A stretch of DNA of 64,000 bases from an uncultured Candidatus Rokubacteria bacterium (GTDB lineage: Bacteria > Methylomirabilota > Methylomirabilia > Rokubacteriales > CSP1-6), in NCBI GenBank assembly GCA_963758635.1, contig CAVWWD010000003.1:704001-768000 (forward strand). The letters are read 5' to 3'. Position numbers and translations under genes: made by a program. This document shows, piece after piece, positions 21,131 to 30,086 of the stretch. The notes below the pieces were generated by a model. That model saw only the letters and a list, made by a program, of their open reading frames with translations, ran no database searches and was not told the DNA's origin. The first letter of the stretch is position 1, and every line of letters begins with the position of its first letter.

Positions 21131-22645
21131 CTGGACAACGCCGCCTCCGTCCTGGTCGACCAGCCGCTCGACGAGGGCCTCCACGAGGCCGTCGCCCTCG
21201 TCGCCGCGGGACGCGCGGTGACCTACGGCGAGCTCCGCGCGATCACCGACCGCGCCGCCCGCGGGCTCCGGCGGCTCGGCGTGGAGCCCGGCCAGCGCGT
21301 GGCGCTCCTGCTCCCCGACGGCGTCGCGTTCGCCGCGACGTTCCTGGCCGCGATCAAGATCGGCGCGGTGGCGCTGCCGCTCGGCACGCGCCTGGCTCCC
21401 GACGACCTTCGCGCGATCCTCGAGGACGCCGCGCCCGCCGTGCTCGTCGCCGATCCCGGCTTCCTCCCTCCCGCGCCGTCGGGCCACGCCGGGCGCGTCG
21501 CGGCCGGCCTCGCCGTCACCGGGTTTCCCGCGCTGGTCGACGGCGTCTCCGACGCCTCCGTCGCGGCGGAGCCGGTGGCGGAGGACGCCATGGCGTTCTG
21601 GCTCTACACCTCGGGGACGACGGGAACGCCGAAGGCCGCCGTCCACGGGCACCGCACGCTGCTGGCCGGCCGTCACTACGGCCAGGGCGTGCTCGGCGTG
21701 GGCCCGGGCGATCGCGTGTTCGCCACGTCCAAGCTCTTCTTCGCCTACGCGCTCGGCAACGCGCTGCTGATCCCGCTGCTGGCGCGGGCGCGGACCATCC
21801 TGGAGCCGGCGTGGCCCGACCCCGGCCTCGTGGCGACCGTGATGCGGCGAGAGCGCCCGACGCTCTTCTTCTCGGTGCCGACCCTCTACGCGCGCCTGCT
21901 GCGCGCCGATCTGCCCGCCGACACGTTCGCCTCGGCGCGCGCGTGCGTGTCCGCGGGCGAGCCGCTGCCCGGCCAGGTCTACGACGCGTGGCGGGAGCGC
22001 TTCGGCCAGGAGATCCTCGACGGGCTCGGCGCGACCGAGACGGTGTTCATGGTGCTGTCGAACCGGCCCGGGCGGAGCCGGCGGGCGAGCACGGGCTGGC
22101 CCGTGCCCGGCACCGAGGCGCGCCTGGCCGATCCCGAGGGGCGCGCGGTGGCCGACGGCGAGCGTGGCGTCCTGTGGGTCCGCACCGAGTCCGCCGCGCG
22201 GGGCTACTGGGGCCGGCCCGAGCCGTCGCGCCACGCCTTCGTGGACGGCTGGTTCCGGACCGGCGACGTGTTCGAGCGGGACGCCGAGGGACGCTACGTG
22301 CACCGGGGGCGCGCCGACGACCGGTTCAAGGTCGCCGGCATGTGGGTCGATCCGGCCGCGGTGGAGGCGGCGGCGCTGGCTCACCCCGGCGTGCTCGAGG
22401 CCGGCGTGGTCGGGGCCGAGGTCGCCTCCGGGCTGACCAAGGCCTTCCTCTTCGTGGTGCCGCGCGAGGACGCGGCCGACGCGCTGGCCGCGGGCCTCCG
22501 CGCGCGGCTCGACGCGGGGCTGCCGCCGCACCAGCGGCCGCAGGAGATCGTGCTCGTGCCCGAGCTGCCCCGCACGGCCACGGGCAAGCTCCAGCGCTTC
22601 CGCCTTCTCGAGATGGCGCGGGGCCGCGCGCCGCGGCCCGGGTGA
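21131..22645 (+). CDS. Benzoate-CoA ligase family AMP-binding enzyme
   Basis: WLYTSGTTGTPK, KLFFAYALGN, SAGEPLP, DGLGATE, RTGD, GRADD..KV.G.WV, PRTATGKLQRF; start uncertain. Confidence 0.9.
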   Translation: MDNAASVLVDQPLDEGLHEAVALVAAGRAVTYGELRAITDRAARGLRRLGVEPGQRVALLLPDGVAFAATFLAAIKIGAVALPLGTRLAPDDLRAILEDAAPAVLVADPGFLPPAPSGHAGRVAAGLAVTGFPALVDGVSDASVAAEPVAEDAMAFWLYTSGTTGTPKAAVHGHRTLLAGRHYGQGVLGVGPGDRVFATSKLFFAYALGNALLIPLLARARTILEPAWPDPGLVATVMRRERPTLFFSVPTLYARLLRADLPADTFASARACVSAGEPLPGQVYDAWRERFGQEILDGLGATETVFMVLSNRPGRSRRASTGWPVPGTEARLADPEGRAVADGERGVLWVRTESAARGYWGRPEPSRHAFVDGWFRTGDVFERDAEGRYVHRGRADDRFKVAGMWVDPAAVEAAALAHPGVLEAGVVGAEVASGLTKAFLFVVPREDAADALAAGLRARLDAGLPPHQRPQEIVLVPELPRTATGKLQRFRLLEMARGRAPRPG

Positions 22646-22652
22646 GCGGCCC

Positions 22653-23075
22653 ATGCCCGTCACGCACGAGATCAGCGTGCAGGTCAGGTGGAGCGAGGTG
22701 GATCCGGCCGGGATCGTGTTCTACCCGCGGTTCTTCGAGTGGTTCGACCGCGCCACCGAGGCGCTCTTCGAGTCGCTCGCGCTCCCGTGGCCCGTCATCT
22801 TCCCGCGCTACGCGATCGTGGGCGTGCCCATCGTGGAGTCGGGGGCGCGCTTCGCCTCGCCCGTCCGCTACGGCGACACCGCGTTGATCCGGAGCGCGGT
22901 CGCGGAGGTGCGCGAGCGCACGTTCCGCATGGAGCACGAGGTGTCGGTGGACGGCCGGCGGTGCGCGACCGGCTTCGAGGTGCGGGCGTGGGTGGCCGTT
23001 TCCGGGGCGCCGGGGGGCCGTCTCGAGGCGCGGGCCATGCCGGAGGAGGTGCGGAGCCGGCTCGCCGGCGGCTGA
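22653..23075 (+). CDS. Acyl-CoA thioesterase (4-hydroxybenzoyl-CoA/hotdog family)
   Basis: VRWSEVDPAGIVFYPRFFEWFD. Confidence 0.9.
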   Translation: MPVTHEISVQVRWSEVDPAGIVFYPRFFEWFDRATEALFESLALPWPVIFPRYAIVGVPIVESGARFASPVRYGDTALIRSAVAEVRERTFRMEHEVSVDGRRCATGFEVRAWVAVSGAPGGRLEARAMPEEVRSRLAGG

Positions 23076-23216
23076 CCTGACGAGCCCCGCGCATCAGAGC
23101 TCCGGGCCCGCCGGGCCGGGAGGTTCTCGCACGCCGCCGGGTCACGTTTGCTAGAATCCACGGGCGATTCGCCGGCCCGCCGGTGGCCGCCACATCCATC
23201 CCCGAAGGAGGCTCCC

Positions 23217-24395
23217 GTGCTCCATCTCCTGCGAACCGTCGCCGTCCTGGCCACGACGCTCCTGATCGCGACCGCTCCCACGTACGCCCAGACCGTCAAG
23301 ATCGGGTTCATCACGACGCTCTCGGGACCGCAGGGCATCATCGGCGAGCACATGAAGAACTCGGTCGAGCTCGCCCTCGATCACCTCGGCCGGAAGGTCG
23401 GCGGGCTCGGCGTCGAGGTGATCTACGGCGACGACCAGGTCAAGCCCGACGTGGGCAAGCAGCTCGCCGACGAGATGCTGAAGAAGCACCAGGTCCACTT
23501 CGTGAGCGGGGTCATCTGGTCGAACGTGATGCTGGCGGTGGCGCCCACCGTGACGCAGGCCGGCACGTTCATGGTCGGCACCAACGCGGGACCGCACGAG
23601 CTGGCGGGGAAGATGTGCAACGAGCTCTTCTTCACCACGTCCTGGCAGAACGACCAGACGCCCGAGGCGATGGGCAAGCACCTGTCGGACCAGGGCGTCA
23701 CCGACGTGTACGCGATGGCGCCCAACTACGCGGCGGGCAAGGACATGATCGCGGGCTTCAAGCGCTACTTCAAGGGCAAGATCGTCGCGGAGGTCTACAC
23801 CAAGCTCGGGCAGACCGACTACCAGGCGGAGATCAGCCAGCTCCGCGCCGCCAATCCCAAGGCGGTGTTCGTGTTCTACCCCGGCGGCATGGGCATCCAG
23901 TTCCTCAAGCAGTACGCCCAGGCCGGGCTCCGCGAGCAGCTCCCGCTCTATTCCGTGTACACCGTGGACGAGATCTCGCTGCCCGCGGTGAAGGAAGCCG
24001 CGCTCGGGCAGTGGGAGACGCGCTACTGGAGCCCCGACCTCAAGAACGAGGCGAACCAGCGCTACGTCTCGGACTACCGCAAGAAGTTCGGCGGCAAGAC
24101 GCCGTCGTTCTACGGCGCCCAGAGCTACGACGGGATCATGCTGATCGACTCCGCGGTGCGGGCGGTCAAGGGCGACCTCGGCAACAAGAAGGGCATGATC
24201 GCCGCGATGCGGAAGGCGGACTACAAGTCCACGCGCGGCGCCTACACCTACAACACCAACCACTTCCCGATCCAGAACTTCTACCTGCTGAAGGCCGTCC
24301 CCGCCTCGGGGGGCGAGCTGGAGATGCAGATCCAGAAGACGGTGTTCGAGAAGCACAAGGACGCCTACGCGCAGGACTGCGGGATGAAGTGGTAG
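23217..24395 (+). CDS. Liv-type ABC transporter substrate-binding protein (aromatic-acid-binding type)
   Basis: RBS AAGGAGG, signal peptide, KIGFITTLSGP, SNVMLA, NAGP, SWQNDQ; extended -10 TGCTAGAAT at 23149-23157. Confidence 0.92.
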   Translation: MLHLLRTVAVLATTLLIATAPTYAQTVKIGFITTLSGPQGIIGEHMKNSVELALDHLGRKVGGLGVEVIYGDDQVKPDVGKQLADEMLKKHQVHFVSGVIWSNVMLAVAPTVTQAGTFMVGTNAGPHELAGKMCNELFFTTSWQNDQTPEAMGKHLSDQGVTDVYAMAPNYAAGKDMIAGFKRYFKGKIVAEVYTKLGQTDYQAEISQLRAANPKAVFVFYPGGMGIQFLKQYAQAGLREQLPLYSVYTVDEISLPAVKEAALGQWETRYWSPDLKNEANQRYVSDYRKKFGGKTPSFYGAQSYDGIMLIDSAVRAVKGDLGNKKGMIAAMRKADYKSTRGAYTYNTNHFPIQNFYLLKAVPASGGELEMQIQKTVFEKHKDAYAQDCGMKW

Positions 24396-24418
24396 CGGGA
24401 GCCCGCGGCGGCGGCATC

Positions 24419-24452
24419 GGGGGCGCGGCTCGGCCGCGCCCCCTTTTTGTTG
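24419..24452 (+). terminator. Intrinsic terminator or attenuating hairpin after the SBP gene
   Basis: GGGGGCGCGGC-TCG-GCCGCGCCCCC followed by TTTTTGTT. Confidence 0.8.
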
Positions 24453-24518
24453 GGTGCTTGGGCGGCTCTGACGATCGTCCGGGCATGACGCTCGTCCGGC
24501 GGTGACGCGGGTCCACCC

Positions 24519-25442
24519 ATGACGCTCGCCCTCGAGCAGGCGCTGAACGGCGTCCAGTTCGGCGTGATGCTCTTTCTGATGGCGGCCGGGCTCACGCTCG
24601 TGTTCGGCATCATGAACCTGGTGAACCTCGCCCACGGCTCTCTCTACATGGTCGGGGCCTACCTCGCGACGACCTTCTCCCAGTGGACGGGATCGTTCGT
24701 GCTCGCCGCGCTCCTCGCGCTGGCCGGCACGCTCGTCGTGGGCGCGGCGGTGGAGGCCGTCGCGCTCCGCACCCTCTACGAGCGCGACCACCTGGACCAG
24801 GTCCTCGCCACGTTCGGCCTCATCCTGTTCTTCAACGAGCTGGTGGCGATCGTGTGGGGCCGCGCCGCGCTCTACACCAGCCTGCCGAAGTGGCTCTCCG
24901 GCCACGTCATGGTGCTCCCCGGGGTGCGCTATCCCGCGTACCGGCTCGTCGTGATCCTCGTCGGGCTGGCGGTGGCGGCGCTCCTGTGGTTCGTGGTGAC
25001 GCGCACGCGGCTCGGGATGCTGATCCGCGCGGGCGCCAGCAACCGGACGATGGTGGCGGCGCTGGGCATCAACGTCCGTTTGCTCTACACGGTGGTGTTC
25101 GGCGGGGGCGCCGCGCTCGCCGGGCTCGCCGGCCTCATGGCGGGGCCCATCTACGCCGTCCAGCCGGGGATGGGCGAGCAGATCCTGATCCAGGTGTTCG
25201 TGGTCATCGTGATCGGCGGCATCGGCTCGATCCGCGGCGCCCTCGCGGGGGCGATCGTCGTGGGCATGGTGGACACGCTGGGCCGCGCCTTCCTCAAGCC
25301 CGCCCTCGCCACCGTGCTCTCGCCCACGGCGGCGGAGAGCGCGGGCCCCGCGCTCGCCTCCATGCTGATCTACCTGTTGATGGCGGCGGTGCTGGCCATC
25401 CGGCCCGAGGGGCTGTTCCCCGCGGCGGGGCGCTCGGCGTGA
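24519..25442 (+). CDS. Branched-chain amino acid-type ABC permease (LivH-like)
   Basis: GLTLVFGIMNLVNLAHG, TRLGMLIRA, VIGGIGSIRGA. Confidence 0.93.
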   Translation: MTLALEQALNGVQFGVMLFLMAAGLTLVFGIMNLVNLAHGSLYMVGAYLATTFSQWTGSFVLAALLALAGTLVVGAAVEAVALRTLYERDHLDQVLATFGLILFFNELVAIVWGRAALYTSLPKWLSGHVMVLPGVRYPAYRLVVILVGLAVAALLWFVVTRTRLGMLIRAGASNRTMVAALGINVRLLYTVVFGGGAALAGLAGLMAGPIYAVQPGMGEQILIQVFVVIVIGGIGSIRGALAGAIVVGMVDTLGRAFLKPALATVLSPTAAESAGPALASMLIYLLMAAVLAIRPEGLFPAAGRSA

Positions 25443-26380
25443 GCGTGTCGCCGCGGACGGCCGTCCTCGCCGCCGGCCTGCTCGCGCTCGCGCTGGTGCC
25501 GGTGGCGGCGGCCGCGCTCCAGCAGCCGTTCTACGTGGACCTCTTCCGCCGCATGATGATCTTCGCCATCGCCGCGGTCAGCCTCGACCTCGTCCTCGGC
25601 TACGGCGGCATGGTGAGCTTCGGCCACGCCGCGTACCTGGGGATCGGCGCCTACGCGGTCGGGATCCTCGCGCACCACGGGATCGCGAGCGGCTTCCTGC
25701 AGTGGCCGCTGGCCATCGGGGCCTCCGCCCTGCTCGCGCTGCTGATCGGCGCGGTGAGCCTGCGCACCAGCGGCGTATCGTTCATCATGATCACGCTCGC
25801 CTTCACCCAGATGCTGTACTACCTCGGGATCAGCCTCGAGGCGTACGGCGGGGACGACGGGATGCGGCTGCCCGCGCGGAGCCAGTTCGGGGGCCTCGTC
25901 GACCTTCGCGACCCCGCCGCCTTCTATTACGTCGTGCTCGGCATCCTCGTGGGCTTCGTGCTGCTCGGCCGGCGCCTCACCGAGTCCCGCTTCGGCATGG
26001 TGATCCGCGGCGCGCGCTCGAACGAGCTGCGCATGCGGGCCATCGGCTACACGACGTTTCCGTACAAGCTCCTCGCCTTCGTGGTGGCCGGCGCGATGTG
26101 CGGGACGGCGGGCGCGCTGCTCGTCAACCAGACCGAGTACCTGACGCCGGAGTTCATGCACTGGACGCGCTCGGGCGACATCATGTTCATGGTCATCCTG
26201 GGCGGGATGGGCACGCTGGTGGGGCCGGTCATCGGCGCGATCGCCTTCCTGCTGCTCGAGGACCTCCTGTCCGCGTGGACGGTCCACTGGCAGATCATCC
26301 TGGGCCCGGTGCTCGTGCTCGTGGTGCTGTACGCGCGCCGAGGGCTCGCCGGGCTGCTCCCGGGAGGCGGCGGTGGCTGA
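25439..26380 (+). CDS. ABC permease (LivM-like)
   Basis: GYGGMVSFGHAAY, FIMITLAF, SRFGMVIR..NE.R, ILGGMGTL.GP. Confidence 0.92.
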   Translation: MSVSPRTAVLAAGLLALALVPVAAAALQQPFYVDLFRRMMIFAIAAVSLDLVLGYGGMVSFGHAAYLGIGAYAVGILAHHGIASGFLQWPLAIGASALLALLIGAVSLRTSGVSFIMITLAFTQMLYYLGISLEAYGGDDGMRLPARSQFGGLVDLRDPAAFYYVVLGILVGFVLLGRRLTESRFGMVIRGARSNELRMRAIGYTTFPYKLLAFVVAGAMCGTAGALLVNQTEYLTPEFMHWTRSGDIMFMVILGGMGTLVGPVIGAIAFLLLEDLLSAWTVHWQIILGPVLVLVVLYARRGLAGLLPGGGGG

Positions 26381-26607
26381 GCCGCTCCGCCGCTCCCACG
26401 GGGGTGGCGGTGGCTGAGCCGCTCCGCCCTTCCCACGGGGGTGGCGATGGCTGAGCCGCTCCGCCCTTCCCACGGGGGTGGTGATGGCTGAGCCGCTCCG
26501 CCCTTCCCACGGGGGTGGCGATGGCTGAGCCGCTCCGCCCTCCACGGGGTGGTGATGGCTGAGCCGCTCCGCCCTTCCCACGGGGGTGGTGATGGCTGAG
26601 CCGCTCC
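26373..26607 (+). repeat. Tandem array of 37-bp units (six units plus a partial seventh)
   Basis: Unit RTGGCTGAGCCGCTCCGCCCTTCCCACGGGGGTGGYG starting 26373, 26410, 26447, 26484, 26521 (34 bp), 26555, 26592 (partial); no spacers. Confidence 0.95.
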
Positions 26608-27338
26608 TCGCCGTGCGCGGGCTCGTGAAGTCGTTCGGGGGCCTCCTCGCCATCAACGGCGTGGACCTCGACGTGCGGGCAGGAGAGGTGCACGCCGTGA
26701 TCGGGCCCAACGGGGCGGGGAAGACGACGCTGATCAACCAGCTCGCGGGCGAGCTGTCGCCGGACGCGGGGACGATCCGGTTCTCCGGGGCCGACGTGAC
26801 CCGGCTCGGCGCCCCCGCGCGGTGCGCGCGCGGCCTCGCGCGATCGTTCCAGCTCACGAGCGTGTTCCGCGACTTCACCGCGCTCGACAACGTCGCGCTC
26901 GCCGAGCAGGCGCGCGCCGGCCACAGCTTCCGGTTCTGGCGGCCGGCCCGGCGCGACCCCGATCTTCGCGAGCCCGCCCGCGTCACGCTCGCCTCCGTCG
27001 GCCTCGGCGATCGCGCCGACGTGCCGGCGGCGAGCCTGGCCCACGGCGAGCAGCGCCAGCTCGAGATCGCCATGGCCCTGGCCACGCGGCCACGGCTCCT
27101 CCTCCTGGACGAGCCGGTGGCGGGCATGGGCCTCGACGAGTCCCAGCGCATGGTCCACCTCCTGCGCGGGCTCAAGGGCGCCGTGACCATGCTGCTGGTC
27201 GAGCACGACATGGAGGCGGTGTGGGCGCTCGCCGATCGCATCACCGTGCTCGTCTACGGGCGGGTGATCGCCACCGGCCGCCCGGAGGAGATCCGCGCCA
27301 ACCCTGAGGTCCGCCGTGCCTACCTCGGCGAGGATTGA
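26592..27338 (+). CDS. ABC ATP-binding protein (LivG-like)
   Basis: GPNGAGKTT, RSFQ, LLLDEP, VEHDM, AYLG. Confidence 0.94.
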   Translation: MAEPLLAVRGLVKSFGGLLAINGVDLDVRAGEVHAVIGPNGAGKTTLINQLAGELSPDAGTIRFSGADVTRLGAPARCARGLARSFQLTSVFRDFTALDNVALAEQARAGHSFRFWRPARRDPDLREPARVTLASVGLGDRADVPAASLAHGEQRQLEIAMALATRPRLLLLDEPVAGMGLDESQRMVHLLRGLKGAVTMLLVEHDMEAVWALADRITVLVYGRVIATGRPEEIRANPEVRRAYLGED

Positions 27339-27339
27339 C

Positions 27340-28041
27340 ATGCTGAGCTTGCGCGGTGTGGAGACGGCGTACGGCGCGAGCCAGGTGCTCTTCGGGGTGA
27401 GCCTGGACCTGGCGGAGGGGCAGGTGGTCACGCTGCTCGGCCGGAACGGGATGGGGAAGACCACCACGGTGCGGTCCATCATGGGCATCGTGCCGCCACG
27501 GGCCGGCGAGATCAGGCTCGACGGGCAGCCCATCCACGGCCTGCCGTCGTTCCGCATCGCCCAGGCCGGCCTGGGCCTGGTGCCGGAAGGCCGGCAGATC
27601 TTTCCGAACCTGACGGTGCGGGAGAACCTGGTGGCCACCGCGGCCAACCGATCGCCCGGCGCGCCGGCGTGGACGCTCTCCCGCGTGTACGCGATGTTCC
27701 CGGGCCTCGCCGAGCGGCAGGCGAGCCTCGGCAGCCGGCTCTCCGGCGGCGAGCAGCAGATGCTCGCCATCGGCCGCGCGCTCATGACCAACCCGCGGCT
27801 CGTGATCCTGGACGAGGCCACCGAGGGGCTGGCCCCGCTGGTCCGGGCCGAGATCTGGCGGTGCGTGGCCGAGCTGAAGCGCGAGGGGCTCTCGATCCTG
27901 CTCATCGACAAGAACGTGGACGCGCTTACCCGCGTGGCGGACGTTCACTATATTCTCGAGAAGGGACAGATCGTCTGGACCGGCAGCTCGGCCGAGCTCG
28001 TCGCCCGGCCCGACGTCCAGCATCGCTATCTCGGCGTGTAG
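27340..28041 (+). CDS. ABC ATP-binding protein (LivF-like)
   Basis: GRNGMGKTT, VPEGRQIF, LSGGEQQMLAIGRAL. Confidence 0.94.
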   Translation: MLSLRGVETAYGASQVLFGVSLDLAEGQVVTLLGRNGMGKTTTVRSIMGIVPPRAGEIRLDGQPIHGLPSFRIAQAGLGLVPEGRQIFPNLTVRENLVATAANRSPGAPAWTLSRVYAMFPGLAERQASLGSRLSGGEQQMLAIGRALMTNPRLVILDEATEGLAPLVRAEIWRCVAELKREGLSILLIDKNVDALTRVADVHYILEKGQIVWTGSSAELVARPDVQHRYLGV

Positions 28042-28060
28042 AGACGCAAGCAAAGGACGC

Positions 28061-28094
28061 AGGTGCGGGCGGGCGAAGCCCGGGCGCCCGCACC
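28061..28094. repeat. Family C REP-like palindrome, second copy
   Basis: AGGTGCGGGCGGGCGAAGCCCGGGCGCCCGCACC. Confidence 0.75.
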
Positions 28095-28108
28095 AGGAGA
28101 GACAACGC

Positions 28109-28962
28109 ATGGCGTGGATCGATCCGGACTTTCCGAAGGCGGCGACCCCGAGCGACTTCGTGGGCCGCGTGCTCGGGCTCAATCCCGGCATGATGACGGG
28201 GCCGGGGACCAACACGTACCTGGTGGGCGCGCGCGATCCCGATCCTGATCGACACCGGGGCGGGCGTGGCCGGCTACGTCCCGATCTTCGCCGAGTACGT
28301 GGCGAGCCGCGGCTGGCGGCGGCCGGCGCGGATCCTCCTGACCCACCGGCACCGCGACCACCTGGGCGGCGTGGACCACCTGCGGGAGCGGTACCCCGGC
28401 CTCTCCGTGTCGAAGATGATCTGGAAGGACGAGGGCCTGCCCGAAGGCACGCAGGACCTCCGGGACGGGGAGACGGTGACGGGCGACGGCGTCACGCTGG
28501 TCCCCGTGCACACGCCCGGCCACGCCTCCGATCACCTCTGCTACTACCTGCCCGAGGAGCAGGCGCTCTTCAGCGGCGACCTGATCCTGAACGGCTCGAC
28601 CTCGGTGATCCCCGAGGAGGACGGCGATCTCGGGCTCTACATGGACTCGCTGCGGCGCGTGCAGGCCCTCGGCGTCCGGCGCATCTACCCGGCGCACGGG
28701 CCGGTCATCGAGGACGCGCCGGGGAAGATCCAGGAGTACATCGACCACCGGCTGCTCCGGGAGCGCCAGATCCTCGACGCCCTCGGCGGCGGGGCGCGGA
28801 CGATCCCCGCCATGGTGAAGGTCGATCTACGCCGACGTGCCCGAGAAGCTCCACGCCATGGCCGGCCAGTCGGTGCACTCGCACCTGAAGAAGCTCGCGG
28901 AGGAGGGGCGGGTCAGCGAGGAGCAGGTGGCGAACGAGCCCTCGCGCTGGACGCTCTCCTGA
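28109..28962 (+). CDS. MBL-fold metallo-hydrolase (LACTB2-like), two frameshifts (~28240, ~28824)
   Basis: NPGMMTGPGTNTYL, THRHRDH, TPGHASDH, SGDL, YPAHG, and winged-helix tail ..AGQSVHSHLKKL in successive frames. Confidence 0.88.
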
Positions 28963-29066
28963 CCTGGCCAGCGGGCGGGGCCGGGCCAGTTCCACGAGCC
29001 CGGCGCCTCCAACGAGCTTCGCGCACAGGCGAGTCGGCTGCGCCTTCGGCTCTGCTCGAGCACGGC

Positions 29067-29543
29067 TCAGTGGCCGTTGCCTTTGACGGCCTCGGCCATG
29101 GCGGCGGCGAGGTTCTGGCGGGCGGCCATGAGGTTCGGGTGCACGGCCAGCGTGCGCATGAACAGGGCGGCGGCCTGCCGGTACTGGCCGAGCGCCATGT
29201 GGCAGAGCCCCTGGCCGGACAGCGCGCCGAAGTGGTTGGGGTTGCGGTCCAGGGTCTCCTCGCAGTCGGCGATCGACCCCTCGTAGTTCTCGGCGAGGTA
29301 GCGGACGGTGGCGCGCTTGTTCCACCCCTCGGCGAAGTCGGCGGCGCGCTCGATGATGCGGGTGAAGAGGACCTCGGCCTCGCCGAGGTCGTGGCGCTCC
29401 AGGGCCTCGACGCCCTCGTGCATCCACCCGTCGACCTCGGCGTTGCCCGAGCGGCACCACATGTCCCAGAGCAGGGCCTCGGCCTCGGCCGCCTGATCGG
29501 GGTCGTTGCCACGGAGGGCCTCGAGCGCCTCTTCCTCGCTCAT
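29067..29543 (-). CDS. Tetratricopeptide repeat protein
   Basis: FAEGWNKRAT..Y, NPNHFGALSGQG. Confidence 0.88.
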   Translation of the reverse strand: MSEEEALEALRGNDPDQAAEAEALLWDMWCRSGNAEVDGWMHEGVEALERHDLGEAEVLFTRIIERAADFAEGWNKRATVRYLAENYEGSIADCEETLDRNPNHFGALSGQGLCHMALGQYRQAAALFMRTLAVHPNLMAARQNLAAAMAEAVKGNGH

Positions 29544-29576
29544 CGCGCCCGCGTCGCGCTCACGGCGGCGACCCGA

Positions 29577-30086
29577 TCAGGACGCCCTGCGCGCGGCCCG
29601 CGCGTCGAGGTGGTCGAGGAGCCGGTCCATCGACTGCTCGAGGCAGCGCTTGATCTCGTCGCGGCACGCGCGGTAGCGGTCCTCCTCCTGCCCGAACGGA
29701 TCCTTGATGTCGCCGCCGTCGCCCGCGAACTCCCGGAGGGTGAACACGCGGCCGCTCGGCGTCTCGGTGATCGTGGCGAGCGTATGCTTCTGCTCGTCGG
29801 TCATGGTGAGGATCAGGTCGGCCTCACCGATCAGGTGATGATGACGCCGGAGATCGGTCGAGGCGAAGGTGTCCTCGCCCAGCACGATCCCATCCTCCCG
29901 CAGCACGATGCGCGCGTCGAGCGATGGGATCATGCCGTCCCGCGCGATGTTCCCCACGCCCCCCGAGCGCACCTGCACGCCGTGGTCGGCGCGGCGCTCG
30001 GCGAGCATCTTCTCGAGGAGCACGTGCGCCATCACGCTCCGGCACGTGTTGGCGTGGCAGACGAAGAGGACGGTGTGTCGGCTCAC
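29577..30086 (-). CDS. Low-molecular-weight protein (arginine/tyrosine) phosphatase
   Basis: VLFVCHANTCRS P-loop, ADLILTM, DIKDPFG. Confidence 0.9.
   Translation of the reverse strand: MSRHTVLFVCHANTCRSVMAHVLLEKMLAERRADHGVQVRSGGVGNIARDGMIPSLDARIVLREDGIVLGEDTFASTDLRRHHHLIGEADLILTMTDEQKHTLATITETPSGRVFTLREFAGDGGDIKDPFGQEEDRYRACRDEIKRCLEQSMDRLLDHLDARAARRAS

Noticed and set aside
26373..26607. CRISPR array (37-bp repeats)
   Set aside because: Units are directly adjacent with no unique spacers, and there are no cas genes.
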